DNA of 64,000 nt, from positions 24,614,001 through 24,678,000 of the forward strand of contig OZ076411.1 of NCBI GenBank assembly GCA_964187785.1. Reading direction: 5' to 3'. Every line of letters starts with the position of its first letter. The first letter of the stretch is position 1. Positions 22,740-37,440 of this stretch are shown here, in pieces. The notes below the pieces were generated by a model, which was not told the origin of the DNA, ran no database searches, and saw nothing but the letters and a program-made list of their open reading frames with translations. The translations under genes were made by a program, and so were the position numbers. The stretch is from Amphiscolops sp. MND2022 (Eukaryota).

Positions 22740-25700
22740 GCTAATAAGTGCTGTCTGAGTTTGACTGCATCATGAATAGATTGTCTATCTGTCAGAAACT
22801 ACTTTTGACAGAAAATATAAACTGCACAATTGGCTGAAAACAATACTCTGTGGAACTACATAACAAATTTTCTACCCAAACGAAGACGTTAGGAAATGGA
22901 AGACTTTTCAAATTCCTCCGGTGAGATGGCAGTTGATTTTGAAAGAATAGGATTCATTTAAAATTGAGGTGAAGATGTCCAAGAACTCAAAGGAAGTTCA
23001 AGGAGTTACAAAACGAAGTGTGTTCCTTGAGGACCAAAGTTACTGATCTCGAACGGTATCACTCAAAAGATTCTGTTATAACTAACAAGTTACATCGGCA
23101 GATAAATCAGGTTATGGAAGATGTACTACGGTTATTTAACAACCAGCTGAAGGTAAGCGTCTCACCATGTGATATTAAAGCCTGTCATCCCCTATCGAAG
23201 ATGCAAGACCCAAGGCATCCTCTCCCAGTGATCATAAAGACTCTTTATTTCAATCAAAAGGAACGTATTTTTGCAGTGAAAAACTACTGAATAGGAAAAA
23301 CAATACTCTGAACAACCAGCCCATCTTTCTAGGCGACCAGTTGACAAAAAGTGATGTTTCGTTGAAGTTAGCGGCTGAAGAAAAAGGACTTTTAGTAACT
23401 ACATGGAACAGTGCCCCTCAATTGCTAAATCGAAAAGAAAAGGGTGCCAGTTTCACTAGGCGCAAAGAAAAGGGTGCCAAAGTGAAAAATTCAGGAAAAG
23501 ATATCGAAGAGCTGCAAAAGTGGGCTATTAAAAATCCCAAACGCAACCCGAAGATCGTTCAACAAATTATGCAAGCTGACACGATCAAAAGACCCGTACA
23601 AAAAGCAATAGAGCCTAAACCCACCTCAGTAACAATTAATTTGCAAGAGTTGAAGGCCTCATTTGGGAATGAAAATGCTACTTTGATTTTGTGAAAGGAA
23701 TGTTGTCTGGTAGTCATAATAATAAACAGTTTATACCCGAAAGTAGTGTTATTCCAACAACAAACGACGATGCTTGTCAAGAAAAGGATGAAAAAAGTCA
23801 CTCATTGCCTTGTCAGGCGTATTCTTGGCTGTCAATTCGACAAGCTCAAACGAAAACTCTGAAATTAGTGTGGTAGAGGGTTTGACATTTTAATATGATA
23901 ATATAAGATCAGTATCAACCAATTAGGTGATCTAGAAGTTTTGATAGCAGACTCGAAGCCTTCGGCTATCGCGCTAGCTGAAATGTGGTTCAAGAACGAA
24001 AATGATGCTGAGCTATATAACCTTGAAACTTCCCACAAACCAGTTCCTAGTACTAACACCAAAAGAAAAGAACTGGTGCTGGAGTTGCAATCTATGGTAA
24101 ATTAGATCTGGAAGCTAAACTACAACAAACTGACTAATTTTACGAGTCCATTTCTGTAAAAATAGGCCACTCATGTGGGGAAAAAATCATTCTTTCTTGT
24201 TTTTACTGCGGACCATTCAGGAACAGGTTTTAAGTATTTGGAGCATGTTGAAGAAGTCTTGGAAAATAATGGTAATGGACTACAAATAGCCTGTGGAGAC
24301 TTTAGCATTGAACTGAATAACAGGGTCTTCGAGCACGAATAACGTTAGAAAACTTAATGATGTCACAAGGACTTGAATTGGTTAGTTTGAGAGAACCCAC
24401 CATAGACAGCCACTTCTAGCTCATGCTTTGACTCTACATAGCAGTGTTCCGGTTCAGCAATCCCAGATAGACGAAACTACGTTTTCTGATCACTATACCC
24501 TGAAAAAGGAATTTAATGATTCCCTTGAGATATTACAAAACATATTTGAGTTCAGATCTTCAAAGAAATTAGATGAACCCTCATTTTTTGTGAAAAATTT
24601 CTCTTCTACCTGAGTCATTCATTTGGCAATATAAGTTAGCAAAATACAAACTCAGAAACATATTTTGATAGTATTGTACAAAAAATCAATGAGTCAACAG
24701 ATAAATACTTCCCGCCCGAACAAGGTAAAAGGCATATTCCGAAAAAGTCATGGAGAACAAATTGTATCAAAAGACACACTACTAGCAGAGACTGGCTGTA
24801 CCAGATTTGGATCCGATCGAAAGCAAGAGAAGAATACGGGACATTCAGAAAAAAAGACGCCCGCTAAACAACGGGATATTTTCCGCCTTGTCAAAAAAAA
24901 TAGGCGGAGGCAAAATTCGAACCCACTACCTGTTGACAAGCAATTAGTAGAGCGATAAGATTAAAAGCAAAAAAGCAGTTCATTTCAAGAGATTAGCTCA
25001 GTGTATTATTCTGTTCGCATAGTGAAATTGCGAAAAAGCGTTCAATCGGGTTCAATTCTCGATATCACCGAAGTTCGATATTTTTAATATACAAATAATA
25101 GCAAAAATAAGTATTGACTTTCTGCAACAATCTTGAAAAAGGCCTTGCTAGTTCGTTCCAAAACATCACTGTTCACTAATATTTGCTAATTGCTGCCTAA
25201 TTTCTGTTCATTTAGCTGTCGATCTCCTATTATTATAATTTTTTGCTGTTTAATCCTTGCCTCGAATCTTGTTGAAATTCAGTACGATCTTGGCCTTCAA
25301 AACTGGAAATCTATTACATTGTTTCTGTTCATCAAGTTTTACAAAACGATCTATAAAAACTTCGACAAACTCTATAGTTATTTCACAACCTACTGTTTGA
25401 TAGTAACTGAATTAGTCAGGTAACTAAACTTGTCAAGTGACTTAAAGGTGAAAATGATAAACTATTATCTAAAACTACTCGACTATTTCAGTTACTAGTA
25501 ACCATAAGAATAGTCAAGTAGTGATGGAGATCGTGGAGATTTGGCAAAATTGGTAAAAAAACGCTACTCGGATCATGATTTTTCTCCCGCGTTATATGTG
25601 GGCGAAAATGAAAAACGTTTGAAGCTAACGTATAAGTTACGTTTGCAAAACGAATAGAAGTTCGAGGCATAGTTGAACGAACTAATACAATAGAATTCTT

Positions 25701-27450
25701 CAAAAATCTCAAGGAAATGAAACGATCGGAAACCAAGTGAAAAAATGTACTGCACTTTCTGTTGATGACTTCAACACTTTTCTTTATCTCTGCATATGAT
25801 ACAAAGAACACTATATTGACTCACAGATGGATAAATAAGCAAACTGAACATTCGCAATCTATGTTTTTCTTCTTTGTTACAGATGGCGAAATCTTGAAAG
25901 TTATTGAATCATTAAAGAACAAAAAATCTATTGTATTTGGGTGTATAGTGGCGGGGTGTATATGGGTGTATTGTATAAAAATGGATGTATAGGGGCCAGA
26001 TTTTTGAAAAAAGTGGCACGAGTTGTTAGTCCCTATTTAAAAACTGCGTTTAATGAATGTAAGTTTGAAGGCGTTTTCCCACAAATTTTGAAAATTGCGA
26101 AAAACCAAATTTTAAAGATGGACAAAACAATTTGTCTCAGTCTTGACTTCCTCAATGGACAATTCTATAATGGGGCAATTTATCTAAAGAAATTCAGAAA
26201 ATAATCCATAAAATATGTTGAACTATCTCGACAAATTTCCAATCCGTACAAACGATCAGAACGGTTCCAGAAAAAAAGGTACTATCCAAGCAGCAACTTC
26301 GCGGTATAAAACGATATAAGAAAATTGGCAAACCGAAGCAGAAACAAACAGCATTTTCGTTGATTTCAGAAAAGCGTTCAACTCAGTTGATCACCATGTC
26401 TTGTTGGATAAATTTTACCATATCGGTATTGGGGGTATTTTGCATAACCTTTGAGCAGATTTTTTGGCAAATAGGTTGCTGTGCGTCAAAATTGACGAAG
26501 AATGTTCAGCAATGAAAAAAAACGCGGAGTTCCACAGGGGTGAATTCGGGCCAACTTTTCTTTCTTGGTTTTTTGAGTGATTTTTGTGCATATGAAAAAT
26601 GGAGTGGCAAAGTTGTAAAGTATGCTGATGATACAGTAATGATTTGATGAAATATTCTCAAAATCTGCTAATAAACATTTGTTTCAAACATGGATGAATA
26701 AAATCGGAGTAGATTGTACATACACAATAGCTAAGTTTGTCGTTTTCGAGAAGAGATCAGCAAATCATTCAATATAGTAATTGGGGATCATGAAATTTCC
26801 TCTTGTGACAGTTACAAATACTCGGCCATGCCTTTTGATAAAAAATTGAACTTTGAAAAACACATTCACAGTGTTGTAGCCAAACTCGCACGACAATGCG
26901 GAATGCTTTACAAATCACGAGAATCTTTGAACAGGAGACAGTACAAAATTTTTGAACGTAAACGACACCAACTGTTCAATATGGCGTACTTTTGTATGGT
27001 TTAGGTTTAAAAACTAGACTCCACAAAAGTATGATACTTCAGAAAAAAACTAATTAGGATTGCTTCACGGCTTCCTGCCTCGACCAGTGTTATCAAAAAC
27101 TCAAAGGTTAAAAATTGGAACAATTTTTGAGTACCTTATTTACAAGATTCTCAAGTTTACCCTAAGCCAGATTCGAAATGGTTTCAAAATTCCTAATATT
27201 ATGACTCCAAACTGACAGACAAGGAAAAGAAAATTAAATTTTTGGAACTTCCCAGGAGGGAATGACAATCTGGAGTCTCGTGCCATAATTCTAATGAATG
27301 CTTTGCGTAAATAAGATGTCATACCTTCTGACAGAATAATTTGTGAGATGGACGAAAAATAACTTCGCAAATTCTATCACCAATTTGCAGATCTTCATAT
27401 TTTCGGCGACGGTGAGCTTATCGATATTATCGACAAGTAAATAAAACTGA
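22740..27450 (+). pseudogene. Heavily decayed non-LTR retrotransposon (LINE, CR1/L2-like clade), ORF1 plus EN-RT ORF2
   Basis: ORF1-like DIKACHPL...VIIK (23018-23694), AP-endonuclease remnants (LAEMWF, ACGDF, ~23960-24430), RT motifs FEGVFPQILKIAK (~26070), FVDFRKAF..VDH (~26355), GVPQG (~26526), YADDT (26621-26635). Boundaries approximate. Confidence 0.8.
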
Positions 27451-30400
27451 TAATTAAATGAGAAATCTCTACCACACCCAAAATTCTAACAAAAAAGTCA
27501 ACTTGAAGTTTCATGTTAACGGTAAGGCTTCCTCCTGAAAAGCGTCCACCTGAAAAGTGAATATGTGTATGTTTATATTTTTACATGTCATGGCCAATAG
27601 ATATCATAAATTCATAAATTGTTGATATTTCATATGGCGCCCCTGACAAATTCATTTATTATATAACACACGACACCCGCTAAGCACCGGGATATTTTCC
27701 GCCATGTTCGCCTTCAACAACTTAGCCATAGCTATTTTGGGAGGGTGGAATAAGATTTAAAGAAGAAGATCTGAAAGTTAGTGATGTTAGATCTTTTTCC
27801 TTTTAGATCTCATTCCCGCGATGAAATTTTAGATCTTATTCCCTTTAGATCTTATTCCCTTTAGATCTTATTCCCTTTTTTGACTTTAGATATTATTCTC
27901 GCTGTATGCTATTTTAGTTACTTGACTATTTTAGTTACTAGTAGCTATATAAAATAGTCAAGTAATCAAAATGTGGAGATTGTGTAAATTTGGCACAGTT
28001 TGGAAAAAAAACGCGTCACAGATCATGATTTTCCTCCCCATTTTGAAATGTGGGGTCGGAAAATAACAATAAGTGCTGTCTGAGTTTGACTGCAACATGA
28101 ACAGATTGCCTATCTGTCTACTTTTGACAGAAAATTTAAAATGCACAATTGTCTGAAAACATTACTCTGTGGCACTGCATAACAGTTTTCTACCCAAACC
28201 AAGGCGTTAGAAAATGGAAGACCTTTTAATTTCATCCTGTGAGATGACAGTTGATTTCGAACGATTAAGATTCATTGAAAATTGAGGTGAAAATGTTTAA
28301 GAGCTCAAAGGAATCTTCAATTGCTGCTTTTTTTTCTGCTAGACTGCCTTTTTTTGTTTGAGCCGTCAAAATGCCGAAGTGAAAGTCACAGAACAATTTA
28401 ATTGAATCGCATCTAACGCAAGGGAAATTGAAAAGATTTTTTTCGTTCAAGATTCCTATTTTCGCCCACTTTTAATAAGCTTGACGCTTTTTGAACCTGG
28501 CTCTCATAGTGCCTGACTCTCACAGTGGCAAAGTTTTTTGTCAGATGACAAATTCCATTTTTAGTCGACGCGTTTCGTAGAAAAACGCAGACTATAGTAG
28601 TGACTTTTCTTTTTTAGTCGGCGCTTTTTCGTAGAAAAACGCAGACTATAGTAGTGACTTTTTTAAGATCAACGAAGTGACAGATTTTATAAGCTTTATA
28701 AGCTGACTTGAACTAACACTAAATGCTACACTACTTCTACTGGGACTTGAGATAGAGGTTAATTAGGCTTTTTTGAGGTCCCTTTCTATATTTTTCGGCA
28801 CTATGCGACTTATCGGAGACCAAAAAATTTTGACAAAAACTTCGAAAAAAATAGGATTTTTTTTTCAATTTTTTCCTCATTCGGGTACTGTAGAAGAGAA
28901 TACGTGACACTTTGAAGTCCTTTTGTCATTTTTGAGCCTTAGATATGGCGCCAACTTGGGCCGTTCCCGGCTTGTTTAACAAACGTCTAGCTTTAGGTCT
29001 GATGATTACTGAAAGAAATCAAATGGTGCACTTTTTGAGTTTTTCACATTTTACATAATATACGTGATATTCATGATATGCATGATACTCATATATGATA
29101 TACATGATTAACTACAAAATTCTATCACCAAATTGCAGATCTTCATATTTTCGGCGACGGTGAGCTTATCGATATTATCGACAAGTAAATAAAACTGATA
29201 ATTAAATGAGAAATCTCTACCACACCCAAAACTCTAACAAAAAAGTCAACTTGAAGTTTCATGTTAACGTTAAGGCTTCCTCCTGAAAAGCGTCCACCTG
29301 AAAAGTGAATATGTGTATGTTTATATTTTTACATGTCATGGCCAATAGATATCATAAATTCATAAATTGTTGATATTTCATATGGCGCCCCTGACAAATT
29401 CATTTATTATATAACACACGATGCCCGCTAAGCACCGTGATATTTTCCGCCATGTTCGCCTTCAACAACTTAGCCATAGCTATTTTGGGAGGGTGGAATA
29501 TGATTTAAAGAAGAAGATCTGAAAGTTAGTGATGTTAGATCTTTTTCCTTTTAGATCTCATTCCCGCGATGAAATTTTAGATCTTATTCCCTTTAGATCT
29601 TATTCCCTTTAGATCTTATTCCCTTTTTTGACTTTAGATATTATTCTCGCTGTATGCTATTTTAGTTACTTGACTATTTTAGTTACTAGTAGCTATATAA
29701 AAAAGTCAAGTAATCAAAATGTGGAGATTGTGGAGATTTGGCACAGTTTGGAAAAAAACGCGTCAGAGATCATGATTTTCCTCCCCATTTTAAAATGTGG
29801 GGTCGGAAAATAACAATAAGTGCTGTCTGAGTTTGACTGCAACATGAACAGATTGCCTATCTGTCTACTTTTGACAGAAAATTTAAAATGCACAATTGTC
29901 TGAAAACATTACTCTGTGGCACTGCATAACAGTTTTCTACCCAAACCAAGGCGTTAGAAAATGGAAGTCCTTTTAATTTCATCCGGTGAGATGACAGTTG
30001 ATTTCGAACGATTAAGATTCATTGAAAATTGAGGTGAAAATGTTTAAGAGCTCAAAGGAATCTTCAATTGCTGCTTTTTTTTCTGCTAGACTGCCTTTTC
30101 TTTGTTTCAGCCGTCAAAATGCCGAAGTGAAAGTCACAGAACAATTTAATTGAATCGCATCTAACGCAAGGGAAATTGAAAAGATTTTTTTCGTTCAAGA
30201 TTCCTATTTTCGCCCACTTTTAATAAGCTTGACGCTTTTTGAACCTGGCTCTCATAGTGCTTGACTCTCACAGTGGCAAAGTTTTTTGTCAGATGACAAT
30301 TTCCATTTTTAGTCGACGCGTTTCGTAGAAAAACGCAGACTATAGTAGTGACTTTTCTTTTTTAGTCGGCGCTTTTTCGTAGAAAAACGCAGACTATAGT

Positions 30401-30867
30401 AGTGACTTTTTTAAGATCAACGAAGTGACAGATTTTATAAGCTTTATAAGCTGACTTGAACTAACACTAAATGCTACACTACTTCTACTGGGACTTGAGA
30501 TAGAGGTTAATCAGGCTTTTTTTGAGGTCCCTTTCTATATTTTTCGGCACTATGCGACTTATCGGAGACCAAAAAATTTTGACAAAAACTTCGAAAAAAA
30601 TAGGATTTTTTTTCAATTTTTTTCTCATTCGGGTACTGTAGAAGAGAATACGTGACACTTTGAAGTCCTTTTGTCATTTTTGAGCCTTAGATATGGCGCC
30701 GACTTGGGCCGTTCCCGGCTTGTTTAACAAACGTCTAGCTTTAGGTCTGATGATTACTGAAAGAAATCAAATGGTGCACTTTTTGAGTTTTTCACATTTT
30801 ACATAATATACGTGATATTCATGATATGCATGATATTCATATATGATATACATGATTAACTACAAAA
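27369..30867. repeat. 1748-bp tandem segmental duplication (27369-29116 / 29117-30864)
   Basis: Colinear copies with roughly 20 substitutions and small homopolymer indels (hand count), with aaa microhomology at the junction. Each unit carries family C, a LINE 5' fragment and a family A copy (28556-28976 / 30304-30724). Confidence 0.92.
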
Positions 30868-32018
30868 GGACAAAGTGCCCTCTGGAGGTTTTTGTTTAGG
30901 AATTTTGAATCAAGAAAAATTCCATTTAAATTCACAGAAAATTTTTCCGTTACATTCAATTGTTGAGCATTGAAAACAAAAAGCTTTGCAGCTCTTCAAA
31001 ATGCTTTTGAGCTTTTTTAGCATCAAAAGTGCAATGACTTCAAACGTTACTGTCGTCTTACTGATACTGTTACTCGCTGATGAAAAGATTTCTTTTTAGT
31101 TTTTGAACTTTTTACAGATTTATTTTTAGCAAGAACATTCGTGGCCTGCCTCCCACTAAGCAACTTCGGTTCAAATATTTAGTTTTGGGAGCAAAAGAAC
31201 GATGAACCAAACGGAATCGTTTTTCCCTATCGTACTCGTCCGTTGTAATTTCTCAATGTCAGTAATAATTGTCGGCATTGAGCAAAACTTAATTGTGACA
31301 ATTAAAATGCAACAGCATTTTTGTTCGAAAAAAACTAGTGAGTTTTTGTCTGTTCAATGGTGTGGTTCGATATTAGAATATTAGAAAATTGAGTAACACC
31401 TGAATATTTTCGGCTCTTATTTATTTCGACGAGAACATAAGCTGAAGGTTCGAGCGTAGCCGACGCACTGCAATAACTGTACAAAAAGTTTAAAAATTGA
31501 AAACTTCGAGACTTCTTGGGTCTTTTTGGTTCCTTTTAGGAACTTTCTTTCAAACTAACTTCAGATTTCTCTATAAAATTTATGCTAACTTGCTGGTTGT
31601 TTTGTCCTTGAACTCTGTCGATTTTCATACTCACGGAAACAATTAAAAAAATGAAATTAAAACACAAAATTTCTCAGAAATGGAGAATATGGATGTTTTG
31701 CTCTTTTAGGGACGTTTTTGGAAACCTTTCATTTCAGAAACTTGTTTCAAAAGATCAACAAATGTTTAAGCAAATACTTATTTTACGAACCTAAAATGTT
31801 CGTCGTAGATATCTGAGGAAGAACCCACTTTTTCACTATTAATTTTGAGTTTCTTGCCAGAAGGACTAACTCTTATCACTACCTTCTCTTTCTCTCGCAA
31901 CCCAAATTTTCAAAGTGTTGAGCCTTAACACTTTATCCCTTTCTTGTTCCAACAGAGAAACAGTGGGCTTTGCATTATTCATTAAAAACTATTCCATGTC
32001 TCAACTTGAACGTGATTT

Positions 32019-32509
32019 CTAGTCGGCGCCTTTTCCCTTAAGGAAAAAAGCCCGACTATTACAGTGAGTAGTTCTTTTTTCAGTTGACAATCTCACTTTG
32101 AGTGGTCCACTTTTTACAATTCGTTCATTTGGTCAATTTCGACCAATTTTTTGAACCCGGAGAGCGTGGGTTCGGTTCTCGCACTAAACCATAAATTTTT
32201 TTATGCTTCCAAAAGTACAAGTGAGACCAAAGGGTCCCCGTCCCCCTTTGGGTTTTTTTCGGCACTATGCGACTTTTTTTCAAAAGTTTTCGAATTTTAT
32301 CAAAGGGTACCCTTGCATTTTTTGTAGTTTTAGGTTTGTAAAAAACGTTTAATGAGCCCAAATGACTCTTTTTGGGTTTTTCGGCATTGTTAGACTTTTT
32401 TAACTAAATACTTTTTTTGAAAAAAAAATTCCAAATGTTTCCAATAGTTGTTCCTTGAATATTTTTGAGCCTTAGATATGGCGCTGATATGGGACGTTCC
32501 CGTCTTGTT
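32019..32509 (-). repeat. Family A full-length copy
   Basis: tagtcggcgccttttcccttaaggaaaaaagcccgact ... gggacgttcccgtcttgtt. Close to the copy at 62111-62639. Confidence 0.8.
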
Positions 32510-34744
32510 AAGTTTTAACTATTAACTATTCTTTTAGTGGCCTAGTCAATTAAAGGCTCGAAAAGTTTACAGTCAATTCCGCAAATAATTTTTGTAGAAG
32601 AGAGTTGCGAATACTGTTTCCCACCACGAATATATTGCAGTAATTCGTCTTTCAAAACCTCAGTGAGAGCACCAAACTCTATGTGTTGCTTGGAGAAAAT
32701 TATAACGGCAACAAAAGTTAGATGTTTACTTTTATTGATGGTTGAGTTATAATTTTCCGTCATTATTTCATCTGGGAAAGGGAAAAAATATAATCAGCTG
32801 CGTTTTTTAACAAAATTTGCCATGTTTCAAATTTATATCCAAGTCAAAAGATTTCGCCCATGGAATTCAACTGACGTAATTTTAGTATCATGCGATATGT
32901 ATTTTGTAAGATTTTCAGACTTTTTTGGTTGACCCCGAAGACCCCAGAATGACCCAAAAATGACCAAAATTCTTGACTTTCAACGTTTTTATGCAATTTT
33001 TTTTTCAAATTTTTGAGAGACTTCGTGGCTTAGAATGTTGAAAATGTTCAAAAAGTAAAGAATCTGTTGTCTGTTGGGCTTCAAAAACACTTCAAAATGG
33101 CCCCTATGATTCGGAAATGAAAAAAATTCAAATTCAACGGTTCTGATGCAAAGTTTCAGAATGTTTTGAGAAACTTCCATCGTTGAAAGTATGAAAACGT
33201 TAAACAGCGCACATTAAAAAAAACAAATCTCGGCAGTGTTTTGACGAATAGTGAATTTTCAATGAAAATGACCAAACTGTTGTAATTGAGAAGTTTCAAA
33301 AAACAAATTGAGAAGTATTTGATTTAGGCATGCAGAACGTTTAAAAACAAATTTGTTTTGTATGTGAAAAGAACGACCTAAAGCTATGAAAGAGCCAATT
33401 GTTTTTTGATTTTGAAATTTTTGCACACATTTTTGTAAACCCTTTGAGCAATCTCGTAATTCAACAACGATTAAACCGTGTATCCAGAAGGCGATTTTGA
33501 AAAGCCTTCTGCAGTTTTTTAGAAAAATGCCTCAAATGACCGCAAACTTCCCAACTTTTTACTTTTCCAGTGATTTTTCGTGCAAAATTATAAAAATTTA
33601 GTACGGTAGGTTTTGGTATCCACACATTCCGACAACAAAGCAAATAGGTATTTAGTGTGCTCTCGAAGTGTTGCCTTTTGAAATGGGATGACAATAATCA
33701 ATAAGCACTAAAACTTTTTCATCAAATTTCTGTACATTTTCATAGTGCATTGGCCACTCTTGAGTCTCATAATTATGTCGTTGCTAGAACAGTTGGGACG
33801 GAAACTATCCCGCTTGCCAGTGAGCGTCTTGTTTTCAAATCTAAACAGAACTTTCGAGATCTTTGAGAAATTGGAATATTCGAAACCAACAGAGAAGATT
33901 CTCAATGATGCATATTCGATCACGAGTTTGTTTTGAAAGTTCTCTTCTGCTAACTTTGCCTTGTTGTAATAATGCTTGAACAAAAGTTTCAGATCTGTAA
34001 GGGCACTTATTTCACTTAAATTTTACATTAGTCTGTTATCAAACCTTGGTTGCTGGCAGGTGTCCATAACTGTATTAACTGAATATAACTTCGCTAGCTT
34101 TCAATTTCAGAGTTCTCATTCGAATTTTCATCAGATACGAAGCAATAATTAGGGAATCGATCAACCAGGAGCAGTGGGAGAGATATGATCTTGATTGTCG
34201 AGGATTGGGTTTATTGAAATAATCCGAGTTTTTCAAAAGATTTTTGCAAGGTTCTCGCTAGGAGGTTTTCCTTGCAAGATCTTGAAAAGGACATTTTTGG
34301 CCGAAAATCTCGCAAGGAAAATGTTTCTTAGAAAGACCTTATAAGATTCTTGCAAATTGCAATTTTTGTCAAGTTAGAAAGTTTAGACACATTATGTCTG
34401 TTTTTGAAAATGCTTTCCCGAAATGTTGAGTGAAATAACTTCAGATTTTGCACGAAACCTCACAAAAATTCGACGGAAAAATATTCTGGGAAAAATCGCA
34501 TACTGGGCATTCATTAAATTTTTTAAAAGTAATTAGCAAAGATCTGTAATTCTTTGTTGGTCAGCCACAAGACAATGAGACGTAAAAAGTTAAGCAAGAG
34601 CTAGATCGTTACTCACATTTATGCAGTCAAATACCTATGAAACAAGAATTCATACCAGGTCAAACATGGAATAGAACAAATCCGCATCAAACCTAAAAGT
34701 TTGAACAGTCGCAACGGACTGAAACAATAATATCGAAACAATCA

Positions 34745-36650
34745 TGTAAACTAGGTTCTTCTCACATGCGGTACAGAATGAAGCTCAGTAATTGATGGAC
34801 CTTTACCGCCCTTCAGATCGGTACCCTTATCGGCATTTAATTCCCATCCGAAGATAATCGGTTTACAGGAACTAACATCAGATTTAGATAGAGCGTAGTA
34901 TAGAGACGATTTGTAGCTAAAACCTTTGGGGTGTCTACTCAATTTTGTTCTAGGCTGCTCACATCCTAGTCTTAGTTAAAACTTAACAATACAACATGGC
35001 GCAGTCGCTAAAAACACTCATCTTGAATGCAAGTGAAACCCGAAGCCCCCGAACAGAAACGATCTTCGCCTATACCGTTATTCAGTGATCCGGACACACA
35101 CCAATCGACCACTGATGCGGGATTATAGTGGCCTTAGATTTACACTGTATATGGAGCTCACACAAGATATCGCGATCTACTCATGTCTTGCGAGAACCCA
35201 GAAAATTGACAAAGCAAAAATAACTTGACAAAATGCAATACACACCATGACAAGGAAATATGCAATGAACCCGTATCATTGAGGACAATGCCTACCCTTG
35301 TCGAACGACTACAAAAAACCGCCTTATGTTGGACAAAACACACAACACAATAGAAGAGGTTTTTCGAACTACAACAACAAAAATCCAGTGCGAATTAGGG
35401 AACGACTCTTCGAAATTGAACGGAAATGCGATTTTTTATCAATAACTGCCGAACAACTAATTATTGCAAAAAATCGTTCTTTTATCAATGAAAAGATGAA
35501 AAATTTAAGAACCGATCGAAGCTTCATCGAAATAATACCAACTAATTGATACCAAATAATACCATAATAATATTAACAAGCCGAGAACGGCCAAAGACGG
35601 CGCCATATCTAAGGCTCAAAATTGGAAAGGGGGACCCTTCGGGCTTTGTGAAACTCTAGCTGGTTGCGAAAAATGAAAAAAATTGAAGGGGGACCCTTTG
35701 GGGACATGAAAAAATGTCCCAAAAAAATTTTTAAAATGAGATTTTTGAACAGTGTCACAGTGCCGAAAAATGTAAAAGGAGGGGCCCTTTGCGATTTTTT
35801 TGACATCCATTGTGTTGCAAAATATCGAAACAAATGAAGGGGGACCCTTTGGTCCAATCCAAAAAGTTTCAAAAAAAGTCGCATAAAGCCGAAAAAAAGT
35901 AAGGCTATGGGGGCATCCTTAGTGTGATTTCGAGGTTCTGGACGTCTGTTTTGTTTTTTCTTTTCGTTTTGGACGCGCTTCTGAGGTTGGAGTTGTTGAG
36001 GTTTGAAGTTGTTGAGGTTTGACGTTGAACAAATGAACAAAAAAGTGGACCTTTCGTGTCTAAAAAATACTACCCACTGTAAGAGTCGGGCACATTTTCT
36101 ACTAAAATGCGCCGACTAAAAACGAACATACCAACGGAAACACGACATAGAAGGATCCGCACCAAAGATACCGCACATCAATGCAGATGCACTGGTTACA
36201 ATAAAGACCGTACACAAACATCAACCGCAGTGCACTTAAATTGGGAATACGAGCTGTGACAAAAGCCACGGATGCCCGACAAAGAATGTAATCTGCCGAA
36301 ACTGAGGAAAACAGGATATTTCAAGAAATTATGCAGATAAAAACGAACAAAGATCGTAACGGAAGAGTCAGCATCTGAGAACGAATTCCACTATCCTACC
36401 TTTCATCAACTCAAAAGACGACAGTTCAACGAATAACTGGTTCTACAAACCGAAATCAGGAAACAACAGCAAAGAAACAACCTTCATCATTGATACTGGA
36501 TCATCAATCACACTTGAACCAGAAAAAATGGCAGCAAAAATCATACCAAAGCAGGCGAAGCTAGATGAAAATAGGAACAAATTTTTTGACGTAAAAAAAA
36601 CGAGTTAAAATTATTGGGAAAGCAGACGTCGTTTTACATGAACACAGCAC
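34745..36650 (+). pseudogene. Decayed Gypsy fragment (LTR - PBS - gag - protease) related to the 14464-20349 element
   Basis: ACAACA|TGGCGCAGTC at 34991-35006 has the same LTR end and PBS as at 20119. Gag-like GLxW.RFTLYMELT remnant, knuckle remnant CPTKNVICRN (~36270), protease FIIDTGS (36483). Interrupted by family A. The LTR start at 34745 is uncertain. Confidence 0.65.
35575..36121 (+). repeat. Family A full-length copy nested in the decayed gag
   Basis: AACAAGCCGAGAACGGCCAAAGACGGCGCCATATCTAAGGCTC ... agtcgggcacattttctactaaaatgcgccgactaaaa. Confidence 0.8.
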
Positions 36651-37440
36651 AAGCAAATTTTTCACTTTTACATTCAATACGACTCCCTTTACTACTTTGG
36701 ATGAATTTTCACTAACCTTGAATGAGTAAAAAACAATGCTGTGCTTGATTTTATTGATTGAAATACGGTTGACTGAGGAAGATGTTTTGGAGCAATTGAT
36801 ACTGGTAGATACCGAACCATGGAATCAATTCAGCGGCAGACTTGACATTTTGAAAAGAGTCTACTTCAATTGATCATGAATTTTTTCAAACAGAGTAGGA
36901 AAGTTTAGTTTCTGAGGAATTATACTCTCGTTTGTTGAAAATAAACTGAAGGACCATGCGCAAAAGCTTATCATTAACGGCAGCAAACAAACTGTCACGG
37001 CATGAAATGTCACCCATGACAGTTCTCAGTATGCATAAACTATGTTGAGTTGTTGAGGAACTCGTTTTGTGCGGACTCTCAGAAAATCAATATGCCGAAA
37101 ATCACTCAATGGAAGGAACTGTGAGTTTTATTTTGTAAGTCCTTCATCAGAATAGAGTTTAAAAACGTAACGAAAATTTTATCTGAAAAAAGTTGTCTTC
37201 GAAAACAACCAAACTGTGCCAAAAAACCAAAATTATAATAAACTTGTTTCGGTCACTTGGACCCGTTTGAGTGAAAAGCCGACAAACAACCACTCTAATT
37301 GTCGGGTTTTGATTATTGAAACGGAGACTGAAAATAACCAATGAAGCAAGTCAGCGCAGGTGTTCCACAAAGTTTCGAGTAGGTCCTTTCCCTTCTTCTG
37401 ATTTTCACCAAGGTCTTTTTCAAAACACTTGAAAATTACC

